Origin: Octopus vulgaris
Lineage: Eukaryota
Assembly (NCBI GenBank): GCA_951406725.2
Contig: OX597825.1
Span: 15,252,001-15,316,000, forward strand
Direction of reading: 5' to 3'
DNA length: 64,000 bases
Shown here in pieces: positions 42,484-56,754 of this stretch; the stretch's first letter is position 1, and every line of letters starts with the position of its first letter. Under the pieces are notes generated by a model, which saw only the letters and a list, made by a program, of their open reading frames with translations, ran no database searches and had not been told where the DNA came from. Made by a program: the position numbers and the translations under genes.

Positions 42484-42649
42484 AGGAGTGGCTGTGTGGT
42501 AAGTAGCTTGCTTACCAACCACATGGTCCCGGGTTCAGTCCCACTGCGTGGCACCTTGGGCAAGTGTCTTCTACTATAGCCTCGGGCCGACCGAAGCCTT
42601 GTGAGTGGATTTGGTAGACGGTAACTGAAAGAAGCCTGTCGTATATATG

Positions 42650-42680
<31 letters not shown>

Positions 42681-42904
42681 TTGTATGTCTGTGTTTGTCT
42701 CCCCAACATCGCTTGACAACTGATGCTGGTGTGTTTACGTCCCCGTAACTTAGCGGTTCGGCAAAAGAGACAAATAAGTACTAGAACAAATAAGTACTAG
42801 GCTTACAAAGAATAAGTCCTGGGGTCGATTTGCCCGACTAAAAAGGCGGTGCTCCAGCATGACCGCAGACAAATGACTGAAACAAGTAAAAGAGTAAAAG
42901 AGTA
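42484..42904 (+). mobile_element. Near full-length family B SINE
   Basis: AGGAGTGGCTGTGTGGTAAG head through GAAACAAGTAAAAGAGTAAAAGAGTA tail. Confidence 0.93.
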
Positions 42905-43636
42905 TCGTGTCAAGGTTTCCAAATTTGGGTAATATTGTGTTGTTTTTTTAAATGAAAATAATGCCGCTGGACGACACAACACAACTAAGCACTTAATACA
43001 TTGAGTAGCGAAAACTTTATTTCATTAATAATATAATGTTCAAAGACATGAGGCTTGATTTTAATGGTGCTGAGGTCTATGACACCCTAATGTGTAATCC
43101 GGTGGAGACTCATATACAGTTTCACATGTTGAAATAATATATAATAATGATCTTTTATTTCATTCATGATCTCTCTCCACAACAATCCACTTTGTACTGT
43201 ATATACTTATATACATATATACCTTTTCTACTGGTTATATATAATTGATGACTTTTATCACCAAATTTGTCCATACAGATTCATAACTTTCAAAACGTAT
43301 ATATACAATATATATATTTTCAATAGAAGAACAGCACTTGACATTCTGGTATTATTCCAAATGTCAGATATAACAATGTTTGAAAATGTTCTTGTGCCAA
43401 ATTTTCCGACGAAATTATCATCGGACATGATTGAAACATCAATAAAATTGTTGGTAACAATGAAAGTAATGGCATGGAGTATTTTGTATAGGCATAATGT
43501 CTAACGTTTTGTAATGGCTACGATGTGAGCATTTTAAGATGTTAAACAATTTGTGCGCTGTTTTTCGTGTAATGTACGTAGAAGATCCTGATGGTTTTAT
43601 GGAAAAGCACTAAGATTTTATTGTATCCCACATATT

Positions 43637-43682
<46 letters not shown>

Positions 43683-43705
43683 CATGTATGTATGCAGCAC
43701 GGAAT

Positions 43706-43756
43706 TTTGTCAGTGAACAGGTCGCGGTCTCAATGCGACGAAAATATTTTGACAAA
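43706..43756 (+). ncRNA. Hammerhead-like fold with G3-C8 swapped core, inside a (TA)n-flanked element (about 43690-43845)
   Basis: TTTGTCA-GTGAACA-G-GTCGC ggtctcaat GCGAC-GAAA ATAT TT-TGACAAA. Confidence 0.6.
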
Positions 43757-44315
43757 TTTAATTTAAATGTTGAAGTGAATCTCATGTGTTTTTTGTGTTT
43801 ATTAAATGGCTTATAAACACCTTCCACGCTGCAATTGTTTATAATTATATTTATATAGGTATCTATATTTGTATTTATATTTATATTTATATATATATAT
43901 GAAGAGATACAAGAATTGGCTTAAAGGAGCCAATAGCATGATTTAGGATGTTAAATCTAACCGGAGATGTACGGAATAACTTGCTTGACTTCTTTACTGA
44001 AAGTTCTACAGAATTTCAGCACACAGATCAAATCATTCGTGGCATTGCTTATGGACTTCATATGAAGAAACTTTTTTATTATTTGAAACGTACAGTGTCG
44101 ATTTGTTATATATAGAAAGAAGCTAGTCTTTGCAGGGAGATGAAACCATGGACACTTGATTTTGTCTATTTGACTTAGTGGCATCTTAAATTGCAATAAG
44201 CATAGAATTTATTGTGTGACAGTCCAAACGTCTCTCTATAACTACTTGTGCTATTTCGGGACATTGATAATTTTCAGTCGAGTCTGTGATCTTTTAATTG
44301 TTATACATTTCTTAA

Positions 44316-44480
44316 AGCGGCGAGCTAGCAGAATCATTTCAGAGCTGCAAAAAACGGTTAGTGGTATTTCTAACTTGAAACGCTACCAGGGTCGACTTTG
44401 CCAGTTCATCCTTTCGGGGTCGATACAATCGACTTGCACCCTCCCCCAAAATTCTTGCCCTTGTGTTCAAATTTGAAACC
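44316..44480 (+). mobile_element. Degenerate family A SINE
   Basis: GCGGCGAGCTAGCAGAATC...GGTCGACTTTGCC..TTCATCCTTTCGGGGTCGATA. Confidence 0.75.
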
Positions 44481-46094
44481 AGTTTACATTAATTACTTTC
44501 ATCCAAAAATATAGTCATATAACTGATCTGCAAGTATGGTAAAACTGAAATATACAACACGTTCAAATAAAGGAAGTCTCGATATCTATAACACAATGTC
44601 ATATCACATGTATATGCATATAGATATGAACATCTGTTTTGAGATTATCCACCCGTTTTCCGATTACATACATACATACACACGTGTGCTCACACGTATA
44701 TGCATCTATATCTGTATGCATGTTAGGACACGTGAGTAATGATGTATGTGTAGTGTACGTATGTGTGTAGGAATGTAATAGTATATGTACATTTATTTAG
44801 TAATGAATGTAATTTTTATGAAAATATTTCCATATTTAGCCACTCCCACGTCACAAATGCATTCATTCCTGCATTTTATTAACTGCCGTGAAGGCTCTTC
44901 CGAATGCAACACCCTGGTGATCATCATGTTAAAAGATACGCCCCCTTCTGTGCTTTTCAAACATTCTTTTCATTTGTACATGTTGTCATTCATACAGAGC
45001 TTACTTGTAATCTACCGCACCCAGATTGCTAAAACAATACATACAACCAGTAAACCCCTGTCCTCTTGAACTGAACAAGTTACAAGCTATGGATGGACTG
45101 GATTGTCATGCATGCGTAAAGATCTGAAGCACAAAAGGTTTCACGTATGCGTACAAATGCACTTAATTCTAAACAGGTGAAGCCTAAACATCCAGCTATG
45201 TTTTCTGAATGACATCTCAATTTGTTAAATTCTGTTTCCAATTCATATGTACTTCATATGTCAGTTAGAGAAATTCCAGATGGAATCTTTCTTCAGATCC
45301 CAATACAAATCCCATTAAAGAGCTAAAGGAATGTGGCTTAACAGTCTTCAAAATATTCGTTGAAACTTTTAGATGTTACCTACTTGCATTACCTGCATTT
45401 TTCAGCAATCAAAACTTCTCTTAACTTCAAAGCTCACTAAAATGTAATCCTAAAGATTTGACGAACTTTGTTCATTCTTTCTTCTTTTTCTTTCCCTTTC
45501 TTCTTTTTCTCTCGTCAACATTCGATCTCCAGTCAGTATTCATTTGATAAACACCAATATATTAACATACACATTCTACCCAAGGCATTTATAGAAAACG
45601 TGCTAGATAGATTCTCGATATGGCCCCCGACACTTTTCGGTATGGATAAAATCCAGTATTAAGCTATTAATATTTCATTGTTACTGAAAACCTCATTATC
45701 TGTTGGTCTTTTGTGTGTGCGCGCGGTTCTGTGCGTGTAAGTGCGTGTTTTAGTGCGTGTACGTGTGTGTGTGTGTACAGAGATACGTTTATAAAAAGAA
45801 AATACAGAATGCATTTGGATAATTCGCATAAGGTATGGAATTAAGTGCTATGTTTATGTCTTTTCATTTGCCTAGCTCGTTAACATCTAGCGTCTTGCTT
45901 ATTTGAGAAAACGTATTTCGTAGTAAGACGGCTTGGCGGCTATTTTTAGCAAACGAGGGATCAACATAGAGGTCTCTCCTATTGCTTATATTTAAACGAA
46001 ATTCATGGTCCCCGGAGATTTTTAAGTATGTGGCCACTAGATGAAACAGATGTTATTTAATAATATTATTTAATAATATTAATTTTTATTCAGA

Positions 46095-46144
<50 letters not shown>

Positions 46145-46152
<8 letters not shown>

Positions 46153-46275
46153 TTAGAGACAAAACCACTATTTTGCAAATCAAACAAAGAAAGACTTAAT
46201 CCAATACATAAAAAAAATTTAATATAAATTAAATAAAATTAAATTCGCCACTACAATTGTTTCGTGTCTCTTCTA
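46145..46275 (-). mobile_element. 3' tail fragment of the 56-59 kb element family, including the 3' half of the HHR
   Basis: TTAGAGACAAAACCACTATTTTGCAAA...CGCCACTACAATTGTTTC matches 56196-56296; abuts (TA)n. Confidence 0.85.
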
Positions 46276-46282
46276 ATAAATA

Positions 46283-46530
46283 CATGCGCCTTTTCAAAGC
46301 CTAGCCAGGCTCATGGTCCCGGTTTCCCGGTTTCAATGGCGTATGTGTTCCCCAGCTGGACGAGATGCCAGTCCATCGCAGCGTTACTCATATTTGCTAA
46401 CTGAGTGGACTGGAGCAACGTGAAATTAGGTGTTTTGCTCAAGAACACGATGCGTCGCCCGGTTCAGGAATCGAAACCACAATCTTACGACCATGATGCT
46501 GACACCCTAACCACTACGCCACGCGCCTCC
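46283..46530 (-). mobile_element. tRNA-derived SINE with V-domain-like core
   Basis: Minus strand GGAGGCGCGTGGCGTAGTGGTTAGG...GGTTTCGATTCC...CTGCGATGGACTGGCATCTCGTCCAG. Confidence 0.8.
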
Positions 46531-48309
46531 ATATATATATATATATATACAAAATTTAGAGGATTGACCACTAAAAGTGGACAGCCTATAATGCTAAACA
46601 TCTCAACTTCTTGCTTTAAATTTCCTTTCGCGGTCTTAACAAGAGTATATTTCTATCTTTTGACGCACCTGAGGCTTTTTAAATTTTCTTTTCACTTTGT
46701 CTCTCCTTTTGTCTCCTTTCATTATAACCTATTTATGTGTCCCCTTTACAGCTATCTATTCCCCAATTACACACGTACTGCTTCCGTTTACGCCACTTCT
46801 ATTTCATTTCATTTACAGCTTCTTTAGCGTGAACTCCTATGTTGCTTTCCTCCGTTACCTAATCATGGAATTTTTCAGCGTTTAACACACATTTTTTTAA
46901 CGTGTCACATCTCAACCTGTTTTATGATTATAATCGTAATCCGCTGATGAATTATGAACTAGCCACATACTCTAATAATTGTTGATGTCCCTGTGGTTTG
47001 CAGTTTCGTCTGGGACGCCGAAACCGTCATAAAATTTCGGTATAATTCAATGTTCAGCCACTGATTTAATTGTATGGTTCGTCTTGAATTTTAATCAATT
47101 AACGGCAAGAGTGTCCGTCCAGTACTTTACTAATTATGGAATATGATCAGTTATCATGATTCCATAAAATTATGTTCTGAAATTATTCCAAACCCAATAA
47201 ATCTCAATTAATTCTAAAATTTCAAAAATGCCATTAGTGATTTTTTATAGTCTACATATCTTTGTTGACCGCAGACATTAAATACATGGCTTTACCTATT
47301 TATTTTGTTATGTATAGAGACAGTCACCATGCCAATATAATTAATACACCCACTGGCTCAATTCTAATAATTTATTAAATATGCGATTGTTTTGGTCAAA
47401 TCTCTTGCGTTGCTTTTTGCAACCTTCTCAATGACTATCGACCCAGTCCGATACAGAGGGTGCATTTGATTCACTCTTTGAGATGTTATGGCAAGTGTGT
47501 ATGTGTGCATGCCAGCGTGTGCGTGTGCTTGTGTATGTATGTATGTATGTATGTATGTATGTATGTATGTATGTGTGTGCGTATGTATGCTGTATGTATT
47601 TATGTATGTATGTCATTATTCAGTTTTATTTCAAGATTTCTGACCAACAAAGAAAGAGCCGGTTTCTAACCTAGATCCAAGGCTCCTTCATTGGAATTTC
47701 AACATCAACAACGGGTTTTTTGTATGAACTTAATGTGAGGATTTGTATGTTTTGTTCTATGTATGTCTTCTCATGCATACACTTCCATAACTGGATATGA
47801 TCGTATGTATGTATGTATGTATGTATGTATGTATGTATGTATGTATGTATGTATGTGTGTATGTGTGTATTCTGCGTATTCATGTGTTTTGTGTGTGTGC
47901 GTGCTTGTGAGTGTGTGTGTAATACTGTGTCTCTCTGTGTGCGTGTTTGAGTGTGTCTATGCGTATAAGCTTGTGTGAGTATGCACATGTGCCTGTTGAG
48001 TGTGTGTGTGTGTGTGGAATGTATGCGTATATATGATCAGGTGTTTCTTTCTCCTTATGTGTGTGTTCTTAGATACGCATTTGCGGTTGCATATATAAAC
48101 TATGCACATATATGGAATTGTTCATAAAATACATCTGACAAGATTTAAACATTTTACCCCTTCCCATAATTTCTGATATTTAAAAAAATCTCCGTTACAC
48201 CTGAATCTTTAATCCAAATGTCATTCGTTCAAATAATACAAGATGGAGGACTCACTTTCTACAACTATCATGAATTATTGGTTTCTATTTTTTTAATTCT
48301 ATTTTTAAT

Positions 48310-48480
48310 TTTTGTCTCAGTTACTTGACTGAGGACGTACTGGAACACCGCCTTAGTACTTAGTGCACACTAGTACTTATTCTAGCGGTATCTTTTGCCG
48401 AACTGCCATGTTACTGGGAACATAAACACACCAGCATCGGTTTCCAAGCGATGGCGGGGGCACAAACACATGCCCCCACA
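48310..48480 (-). mobile_element. Family B SINE 3' fragment
   Basis: CACCGCCTT...TTTTGCCGAAC...AAACACACCAGCATCGG. Confidence 0.7.
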
Positions 48481-48538
48481 CACACATAGATACATACATA
48501 TATATACATATATATAGATACACATACATACATAAGGA

Positions 48539-48686
48539 GAATGAAGAATTTTAACATTCAGAATTTATGCTTATTTCCAGTTAGTTTACTCAAAATAATT
48601 GCCCAACACCTGTTTCGATTCCACTAACTATAATTTTGAGTAAGCTGGAAATAATCATTAAGTTTGAATGTTCAATGTCTTCATTC
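48539..48686. repeat. Inverted repeat with about 57-bp arms; spacer contains CGAAAC on the minus strand
   Basis: GAATGAAGA..AACATTCA..TTATTTCCAG..TTACTCAAAAT versus its reverse complement at 48631-48686. Confidence 0.85.
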
Positions 48687-48792
48687 ACTTTATTATCAAT
48701 AATGTACTTCACACTCTAAGTAGCCAAGATATAAACTGTAACATCCAATGGGAGTTAAAGGGAGTTTTGAAAAAAAAACGCATCATCTAAAC

Positions 48793-49213
48793 CAGGGGTG
48801 GGGAAACACTTTTTGTGCCCCGGGCAAAAATTTTCAAAGATAAAGGTCCGCGAACGGATCACAAGTTTTAACTCTTATATCTGTGTAAATCTTGTATATA
48901 TCTATGTATAAATCGATATACATTTATAAAGATAATTTTAGCACATTAAGTTAACACTTAACATCTTCATTATCGCCGCCACTGAATTTAGGATGTTTAT
49001 ATTACTTATGAGGTATTCTTTATATTTCAGTTACAGTGTAACAGGGTCTCAAGAGGGCGGTACAAACCTAACATGTGTTTTGTAGTGAAGACAAAGATTC
49101 CATTGAAATGGCAATTACCGGACGATTTTCTGTTTGAGTCTAACCGTTTAAGTCGTAGAGGAAATGCGACTTACACAATTGCGCCCGCCAGCCCATTTTA
49201 TTGCACCCGCAGG
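48793..49213. mobile_element. Possible hAT-type MITE
   Basis: CAGGGGTGGGGAA left terminus; right terminus only loosely recognisable. Confidence 0.3.
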
Positions 49214-49332
49214 CTGGTAAACTCGTATATACAGAATATACCCTTCATCTAAAGAAGAGTCAGCTTTGGCTTTTACATACAGAAATTCGGTATCTGACTG
49301 GATATTATATTCTTTTTCTTACTATATATATA

Positions 49333-49483
49333 TACGACAGGCTTTTTTCAGTTTCCGTCTACCAAATCCACTTTGGTTGCTCCCAACCTAAAGTAGAAAA
49401 CCCTTTTCCAAGGTACCACACACGGCACTGAACCCAGAATCATGTTGGGGAGCAAGCTTCGTACTACACAGTCATGGCTGCGT
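49333..49483 (-). mobile_element. Family B SINE 5' fragment
   Basis: CGACAGGCTTTTTTCAGTTTCCGTCTACCAAATCCAC...CCAAGGTACCAC..ACTGAACCCAGAA. Confidence 0.8.
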
Positions 49484-50570
49484 TCCTATGATTAAAATTA
49501 AAGCTTTGTTCTAAAAGAAAAATAAATCCCAACATATATTTATTCTATAATCATAAGGTACGTTCCGTGGGATATATTAATTAACTTGGTAGAGGTTATA
49601 AAACGCCCATCCATTCTTGCATACTTGATGAGTAATAGATTTATTTTTTAGTTTCGCTTAAGGAATAGACTCTTGGTTAAGGATAGCCACTTTCCACAAC
49701 AATACGTTTTAAAATTTAGTAGTTTCAATCACTGAACCGTGCCCTTGCAAAAAGAATGCCTATAAATGTATAATCAGTTACATGGCAACCAGTAAACGAC
49801 TTGTATTTAATTTTATTGACACCTAAAACATAATAGGTAAATTCCGTGAAGGTGAGGTATGAATTCGGTGTGAGTAGGGCCGTGCTAAATTACTTTACGA
49901 TCAATTGTAGAAATCTCTACTAATTCTATATTCTATTGCTTCGTTAAATCTCTTCTTTCTATTATCCTAATTCTGAAGACATGTAAATTAATTCTAATGT
50001 CACAAATGAATGAAGGAAACCAGGTTTTCTAATTAACACATTTTTATTGTAAATGAAGCATAATTACTTTGAACATACACAGAGCCTATTTCTTCGCGTA
50101 TGCTCGAAATAGAAATACAGGAGAATTGTTGCTTGAAAAAATAAAAGAATGGAAGTTAAATATGTAACTGGGAATCGTTGAACAAGTAACTACATATAAA
50201 TACATGCATACGCACACAGATATATGTATGTACGTAACATATATATATACATATACATATACATATATATATACATACATATATATATATACATATAAAT
50301 ATACATTTATATGTACATATATATATACATACATACATATGTGTATTCATATGTGCATTCATACATGTATATATATATATATATATGTATATACATATAT
50401 ATACATATAAATATACATATATATATATACATATGTACATATATATATATATATACATACACACATTCATACATACATGTGTGCATACATACAAACCATA
50501 CAACATACACACAAATATATATATATATGTGTATACACACATGCACACACACACACACGCACACATATAT

Positions 50571-50618
<48 letters not shown>

Positions 50619-51739
50619 CATATATATTATATGTATTATATTTATTCTTTTATTTTATGTATAGATATATTTAGGGAGGGAGAGAGAGAGAGAGAGAGAG
50701 AGAAAGAAAGAATAAATTTTTCATAATTATCTATTTCTTCTGGCATAAACATCTGTCTATAGAAAATGTTCCTTCACAATGACATTAATCAAAAACATTG
50801 TGGTTTTGCATCTCAAAACAGAAAAAGAAAAACGATGCGATGTTGATGGTGAATTAGAAAAAGGAGACATCAGCGAAATATTATGTTTCGAAATGCAATT
50901 TATTTTCTGCTTTAGTTTCAGTATTATGTATCAGTAATTTTATTTTTAGTTAATTTGAGTAAAGAAGAACGAACGCACATTGCATCCACAGCGATGCATT
51001 AAAATTACTACAACAGAAACAAAAGCCTTGTGTATGAGGTAAAGAAATTATTGTAATTATATAGGGAACTGTAAGCATCTTCAAGCAAATAATAGAATAG
51101 TTTAAACAGTTCAAATGTACGATAAATCAACATTATAAAACCCTAATTTGTTTGAGGATATATCAAGAATATAGAATCCTAATTTGTATGATGATGCGTA
51201 TCTCTCTAGTTACAATTTCAATTTACATTATAGATATCAAGACCATACTGGAAAAATTGATCGAGGTAATAAATTTTTGTCTGAAATTCTTGATTTCACT
51301 TTGTAAAAATATTTTCCTCTTCATTTAATTTTTGGTGATAAGATTATGGTGTTCTACGTATTTGTCGGCATAGAGTTCCTGGCTTGAAAGACAATAGCAG
51401 AATTGTTATCATGACCATATTTATGGCTTATTTTTCGCTGCTATTAACACAGGGCTGGAGAAGTCAGAGAATCTTAAATGGGGCGACGTGTAGTGTTCGT
51501 AACAAGACTGTGATAGCAAGATTGATTTTTCCAAATAGTGCCTGGTTTTGTATGCAATGTAAAAATATAAATCACGTTTTGGACAAGTAAACATCAGAGA
51601 GTGAGAAATACGATGAACTATCAATGCCTTTGTTAATTCAATATGTGAGGAAATTATCGACATGCTTTACGTGGTGGCAGTCAATTAGAGGAACATTGAT
51701 TCTTCCGATCGAGAAGACAAATCTATGGTCTTTCGAAAC

Positions 51740-52055
51740 AACTGGATCCCCAGCCCAATGGTTTAAGATTACAAAGTGGATATTTTCTAATGCTATTGCT
51801 AAACTGTAATAAAGCTAATGAGCTCAGCCTTACAATAGAACAAGTATGTGAGTAATCCATTTATATAAATACATGATTTAGACTGACATTGTCACAGGTG
51901 ATCATTACGGACAATATGTCATATTGCGAAGAATTAAATTGACACCTTCTGACATTAATCTTCCATTCAACCTTAAATGATTACAGTTACCACATCCAAT
52001 GGAGTTCAAAATGGCAGCCAATAAATCTTAATGCCATGCTTTTAGTAAAGTGGCT
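51740..52055 (+). pseudogene. Helitron PIF1-type helicase C-terminal remnant
   Basis: DIVTGDHYGQYVILRRIKLTPSDINLPFNLK*LQLPHPMEFKMAANKS*CHAFSKV parallels the conserved IPRIxLxPSDxxLPFxxxRxQFPxxxAFAMTINKSQGQ motif. Confidence 0.8.
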
Positions 52056-53610
52056 CACCTCGTCCTAACTTATCTACTTGTGTATTAACAATTGTATGTA
52101 GCTATCACAGGAACTGTGTAGGATGCTTGCTACATGCGTAGGAATAATTTCAGAATGTTCATGAACACTCTGTAAAGTGAAGTGTTTTCGCCTTAAAACA
52201 TTATTGTTAACTTTTATATAACCGAATGGGTGATGCAGAGTAAAAGAAAACGACATATATGTGTGTGTATGTACGTGTGATTGTGTGTAAGTCTGGATGG
52301 GCTTGTATCGTCTCACGGGGAAAAATACAGCAAGTATAAAAAATGTCTTCACCATGTTTAGATCACATTTCCATTTATCTGGGAAATATTGCAACTTAAA
52401 TAAGTGGCACACACAGGGTAACTTATATGTTATTTATTAGCACCACAAAATGGACGAAGAGAGAGTAAATTCGTTACACAGATATCTGGTCTTCAATACA
52501 TTCATATCCAAAGTCACCATTCCTCACTGTGTTACTGTAAACATTTTCGAGTTATTTATGTGTTATAAAAACATGCTGTTATAGTTAAAACATACCAAAT
52601 AATTTATTACAATAAGTTATATTCCACTTCACAGCTAATTGAGTTGGGGCAAGGATCTGCAAGTGAAAGGTGGAAAAAAGATGCTGTACTGAGGAATCGA
52701 TGGATTAAGTTGTCTGCTATTAGTGAGAGAGAATGGCAGGGGAAAAAGATATCAAAAATGCAGATGACGATGATGATGATGATGATGATGATGATAGTGA
52801 TGATAATGACGTTGGCATCGTCGCAGTCGTGGTCATTATTTAGTGAATTACTGGCTATAATACTATCAGTCGTCCATTTCCTCCACATTGCAACAATTGA
52901 TAATGTAAGATAAGATTTGTATTCTGACTAATGACAATTGCAGGAATTTAGGTTTTGCAAAATTGAATAGTTATTTCAATAAATTTATCTAAAATAACTC
53001 CATTTAGCTGAGAAGATAACATGTTGAATTGAACGACACTACGTGCCTTGTAATAATATTATTGCAAATTATTTCTCCATACGAGTGTACAATAAACAGC
53101 TTGAACATGCTGGGTAGAAATAAGCATAAATAGAAATATGTCGAAAATTCGCTCTTAAAAAATATCCGTAAAAATGACATCCGAGAATAAATTTTCATCG
53201 AATTCTGTCAGGCATTTTTTTTTTTTGGTGTGCCTCATAGTAAAAATTGTATTTTATCACAGCTTATTCAGCTTAATGCAACGAACATAGTGACAGGTGC
53301 CAAAGCATTTGAAATATGACAATATTACGTTTAAAGTTTAATTAATTTACCTTCTATCAGGTAGTAATTCATTTTCCGTTCTTTTTTTTTTTCTAGTTTT
53401 TCACTCTAATAAATTACTTCATTTTGAGTCCAACGTTCATTTTTTGGTAACAGAAATAATTAATTAAAAATTCTCCACTACTAATTATTTTTATCACTGA
53501 TAAAGTAAAATTTCGATGTCTAAATGCAACTATCTCTTGCGTACAAATAATTTATATATTTTGCACAAACACACACACGTACACGCGCGCACATACACTT
53601 GCATACACAG

Positions 53611-53661
<51 letters not shown>

Positions 53662-53725
53662 TATAGGTATACATATGCTGTACTACGTATATGCATATCA
53701 TATAGTCGTTTATACATGTATATTA

Positions 53726-53786
<61 letters not shown>

Positions 53787-54020
53787 TATTCATGAGCATA
53801 TATGTATGTGTGTGTGTGTGTGTGTGTGCGTGTGACGATGATCGTACCACTGACACAGGAACTTGGTGTCATGAATGTACTTATCCATATCGGTACATTT
53901 CAATATCCATACACATTCGTATACATATATATATATATATATATACATATTTACATACATGCATGCATACATACGTACGTACGTAGGTACATACATACAT
54001 ACATACATGCATATTTACAT

Positions 54021-54108
<88 letters not shown>

Positions 54109-55488
54109 GGGGTACGCCCATTCATTGTGAATTTTCCGCTCGCTTCTTTGTCGAGCCTGTTTAGTATTTGAAATGTATATATGTAATGTATGCGTTTAAG
54201 TATCTGTATATAGTGTTCGTATATTTGTAACACTAACTAAAACTTTACTGAAACCCTTATTCACAACAGAATATTGGAATTTACAGTTACTTGTATAAAT
54301 ATATGGAAGTACCTCTCCTTTATCAACGCTAATTTATCTTTTATATATATTTGACTGTTTGCGCATGTGTATAATTATACGCCTTTCTATATGCTTTCAT
54401 TGAAATCAATATATTAGTCTTACACTTTCAATGTTCCCCTTATTTAACTCTCACCAAACTTCTTGCTGCGATTTTGAACCATGTCACAAAATCCCATTTA
54501 CATTGTATTACAAATGTTTCCCTACAAAATTCTAAAGATTTATATAAATTCAAAATATTTAAAATAATGTTTCCGAAAACATCTTTAACGTTTCCTCTTT
54601 GATACCAATCCTTCGGTGATTTGTAATAATTCAATAAAATTATTCCTTTTACTTGTATACATATTCAATTCTTTTGCAGATTTCACATTAGTATTCATAG
54701 ATCTTGTTTCATTTTGTATCAACAAACCACCCCTGGCACTTTAAAATTATGTTAACATGATCGATTCGCGTACAATTCGATTATATATAATTTTCCAATC
54801 ATATACACATCTACATCAGAATCAGATGCATTCCTTTCAGCATTTAAGTTAAATTAGGTCAGATATATCAATCATACTTCTTTTCTTACTACCACTACAA
54901 CAACTCTTTCATAGCAGCAACTGTTTAATTTCTAAGATTGTAGAAACATTACTGAATAGAATCGTACTTTATCATTTTAGAAAACAATACCGTTGAGTTA
55001 ATTACAATGATACAAGACGTTGGTGCAACAATACGCAGTGAACTGTCCTCAATTTGATCAGAGTAAAAATTCAACAAAATAAAACAAGACAAATGTGATA
55101 ATATACAGTGAAAATAAATTCAAATACGAGTGAAATCAAACCTAACATGTGCATAGACTCTTCTTAGAACTCTAATTAAAGAATTGTTTGCAGTATTTAT
55201 TTGTGATAGAATAGCACAAAACAAAAGAAAATATGATATTTACTATCCTTTGAAGGAAAATACAATTTTCAAACTGTATTGCATAAAGTATTTTCATAAA
55301 GTTAGTATAGAGTGGAAAGTATATAATTACATGCATATATTCACGTGTGTTGAGCGTATATGTCTATGTATATGTCTATGTATATATGCGTATATGTGTA
55401 CTCATACACACATATAGAAAGAAAGATTTACAGCAATGGAGATAGATACTTATTCGCATATACATACATACACACATACATACATATA

Positions 55489-55524
<36 letters not shown>

Positions 55525-55588
55525 TAGATAGATAGATAGATAGATAAATAAATAGATAGATAGATAGAAAGATAGATAGATAGATACA

Positions 55589-55621
<33 letters not shown>

Positions 55622-55789
55622 GCATACATATATATACACACACACACACATTAGAAATGTTTATCATCATTGTTGTTTTACGTTTCCTTTCCGTGCTGTT
55701 AAGGTTTGATCATACGTAATTATATGTAAGATGTACTCTCCCATCGAAGGTGACGCATGTGCGTTCAGCCTTTGACGAACGACCTGCAC

Positions 55790-56000
55790 AAAAGATTTGT
55801 TTACAGTGATCAAATGCCTGTGCCGCACATTAGCTCACTCCGTCCACCAAATTAAAGTTGCATGAACAGAAGCACGGAGTGTCACGCATCAGTTGTTGCA
55901 GAGATGAAGTGTTTTTATCAACAACACAACGTACCACCCATTCTAGGACCTGAAAGAGATGGTAAGGGAAACACCCTAACCACTGCACCATCCACGCTCA
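55790..56000 (-). mobile_element. Degenerate tRNA-derived SINE
   Basis: ACACCCTAACCACT and GATGAAGTGTTTT..CAACAACACAAC match the 46283 family head. Confidence 0.55.
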
Positions 56001-56006
56001 CTGTTG

Positions 56007-56107
<101 letters not shown>

Positions 56108-56280
56108 AATATTAGGGAATAAATCCAAATTTACAGGGAAAAAAATCAGATTTAGGATTAAATCCAATTTTATAGTAAAATATTATAAAATATTATTAGA
56201 GACAAAACCACTATTTTGCAAAACAAACAAGGAAAGACTTAATCAATACATAAAATTTTAATAAATAGTCAAAAAAACCG

Positions 56281-56323
56281 CCACTACAATCGTTTCTTGT
56301 CTTGATCGACAATCTTCAGGTGG
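56281..56323 (-). ncRNA. Minimal type-I hammerhead ribozyme
   Basis: Exact reverse complement of 59692-59734. Confidence 0.8.
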
Positions 56324-56754
56324 ACTTCCAATCTAAAATATCAATATTTTAAAATATAAAAATAATAATTTTAAAATAATTAAAGTATGAATGAAAAAAT
56401 ATAAATATATAATCCATATATAACCTATATATAATCCATATATAATCAATATATAAACAATATATAAACTAAAATAAACCTATCAACAATTAAATATAAA
56501 ATATAAAATATAAAATATAAAACAAAACAAAAAAATAATAATAATATAATAATAAACTATATATACACCCATACACATATACCTAATTATATATAACCAT
56601 ATCTAACTACATACACTAAATCACACACCTATATATATATCCCTATACATACACATAAAAACGTCTAGGCAACTATAAATAAATAAAATAGCTAAATACT
56701 TCAACACAATACTTATTCATACTCCCACACACACACACATACAACCCACATTCA

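Noticed and set aside
43166-43504. Penelope RT remnant (YIIDDFY, ALDILV)
   Set aside because: Only two short motif look-alikes in AT-rich sequence; needs an HMM search
46940-47035. Hammerhead (CTGATGA at about 46945, GAAACCGTC at about 47020)
   Set aside because: The halves do not assemble: the ATTAT/ATAAT stem is not followed by GAAA and no stem I forms; possibly a rearranged relic
52300-52335. Helitron 3' end for the helicase remnant
   Set aside because: CAAG instead of CTAG and no clear hairpin
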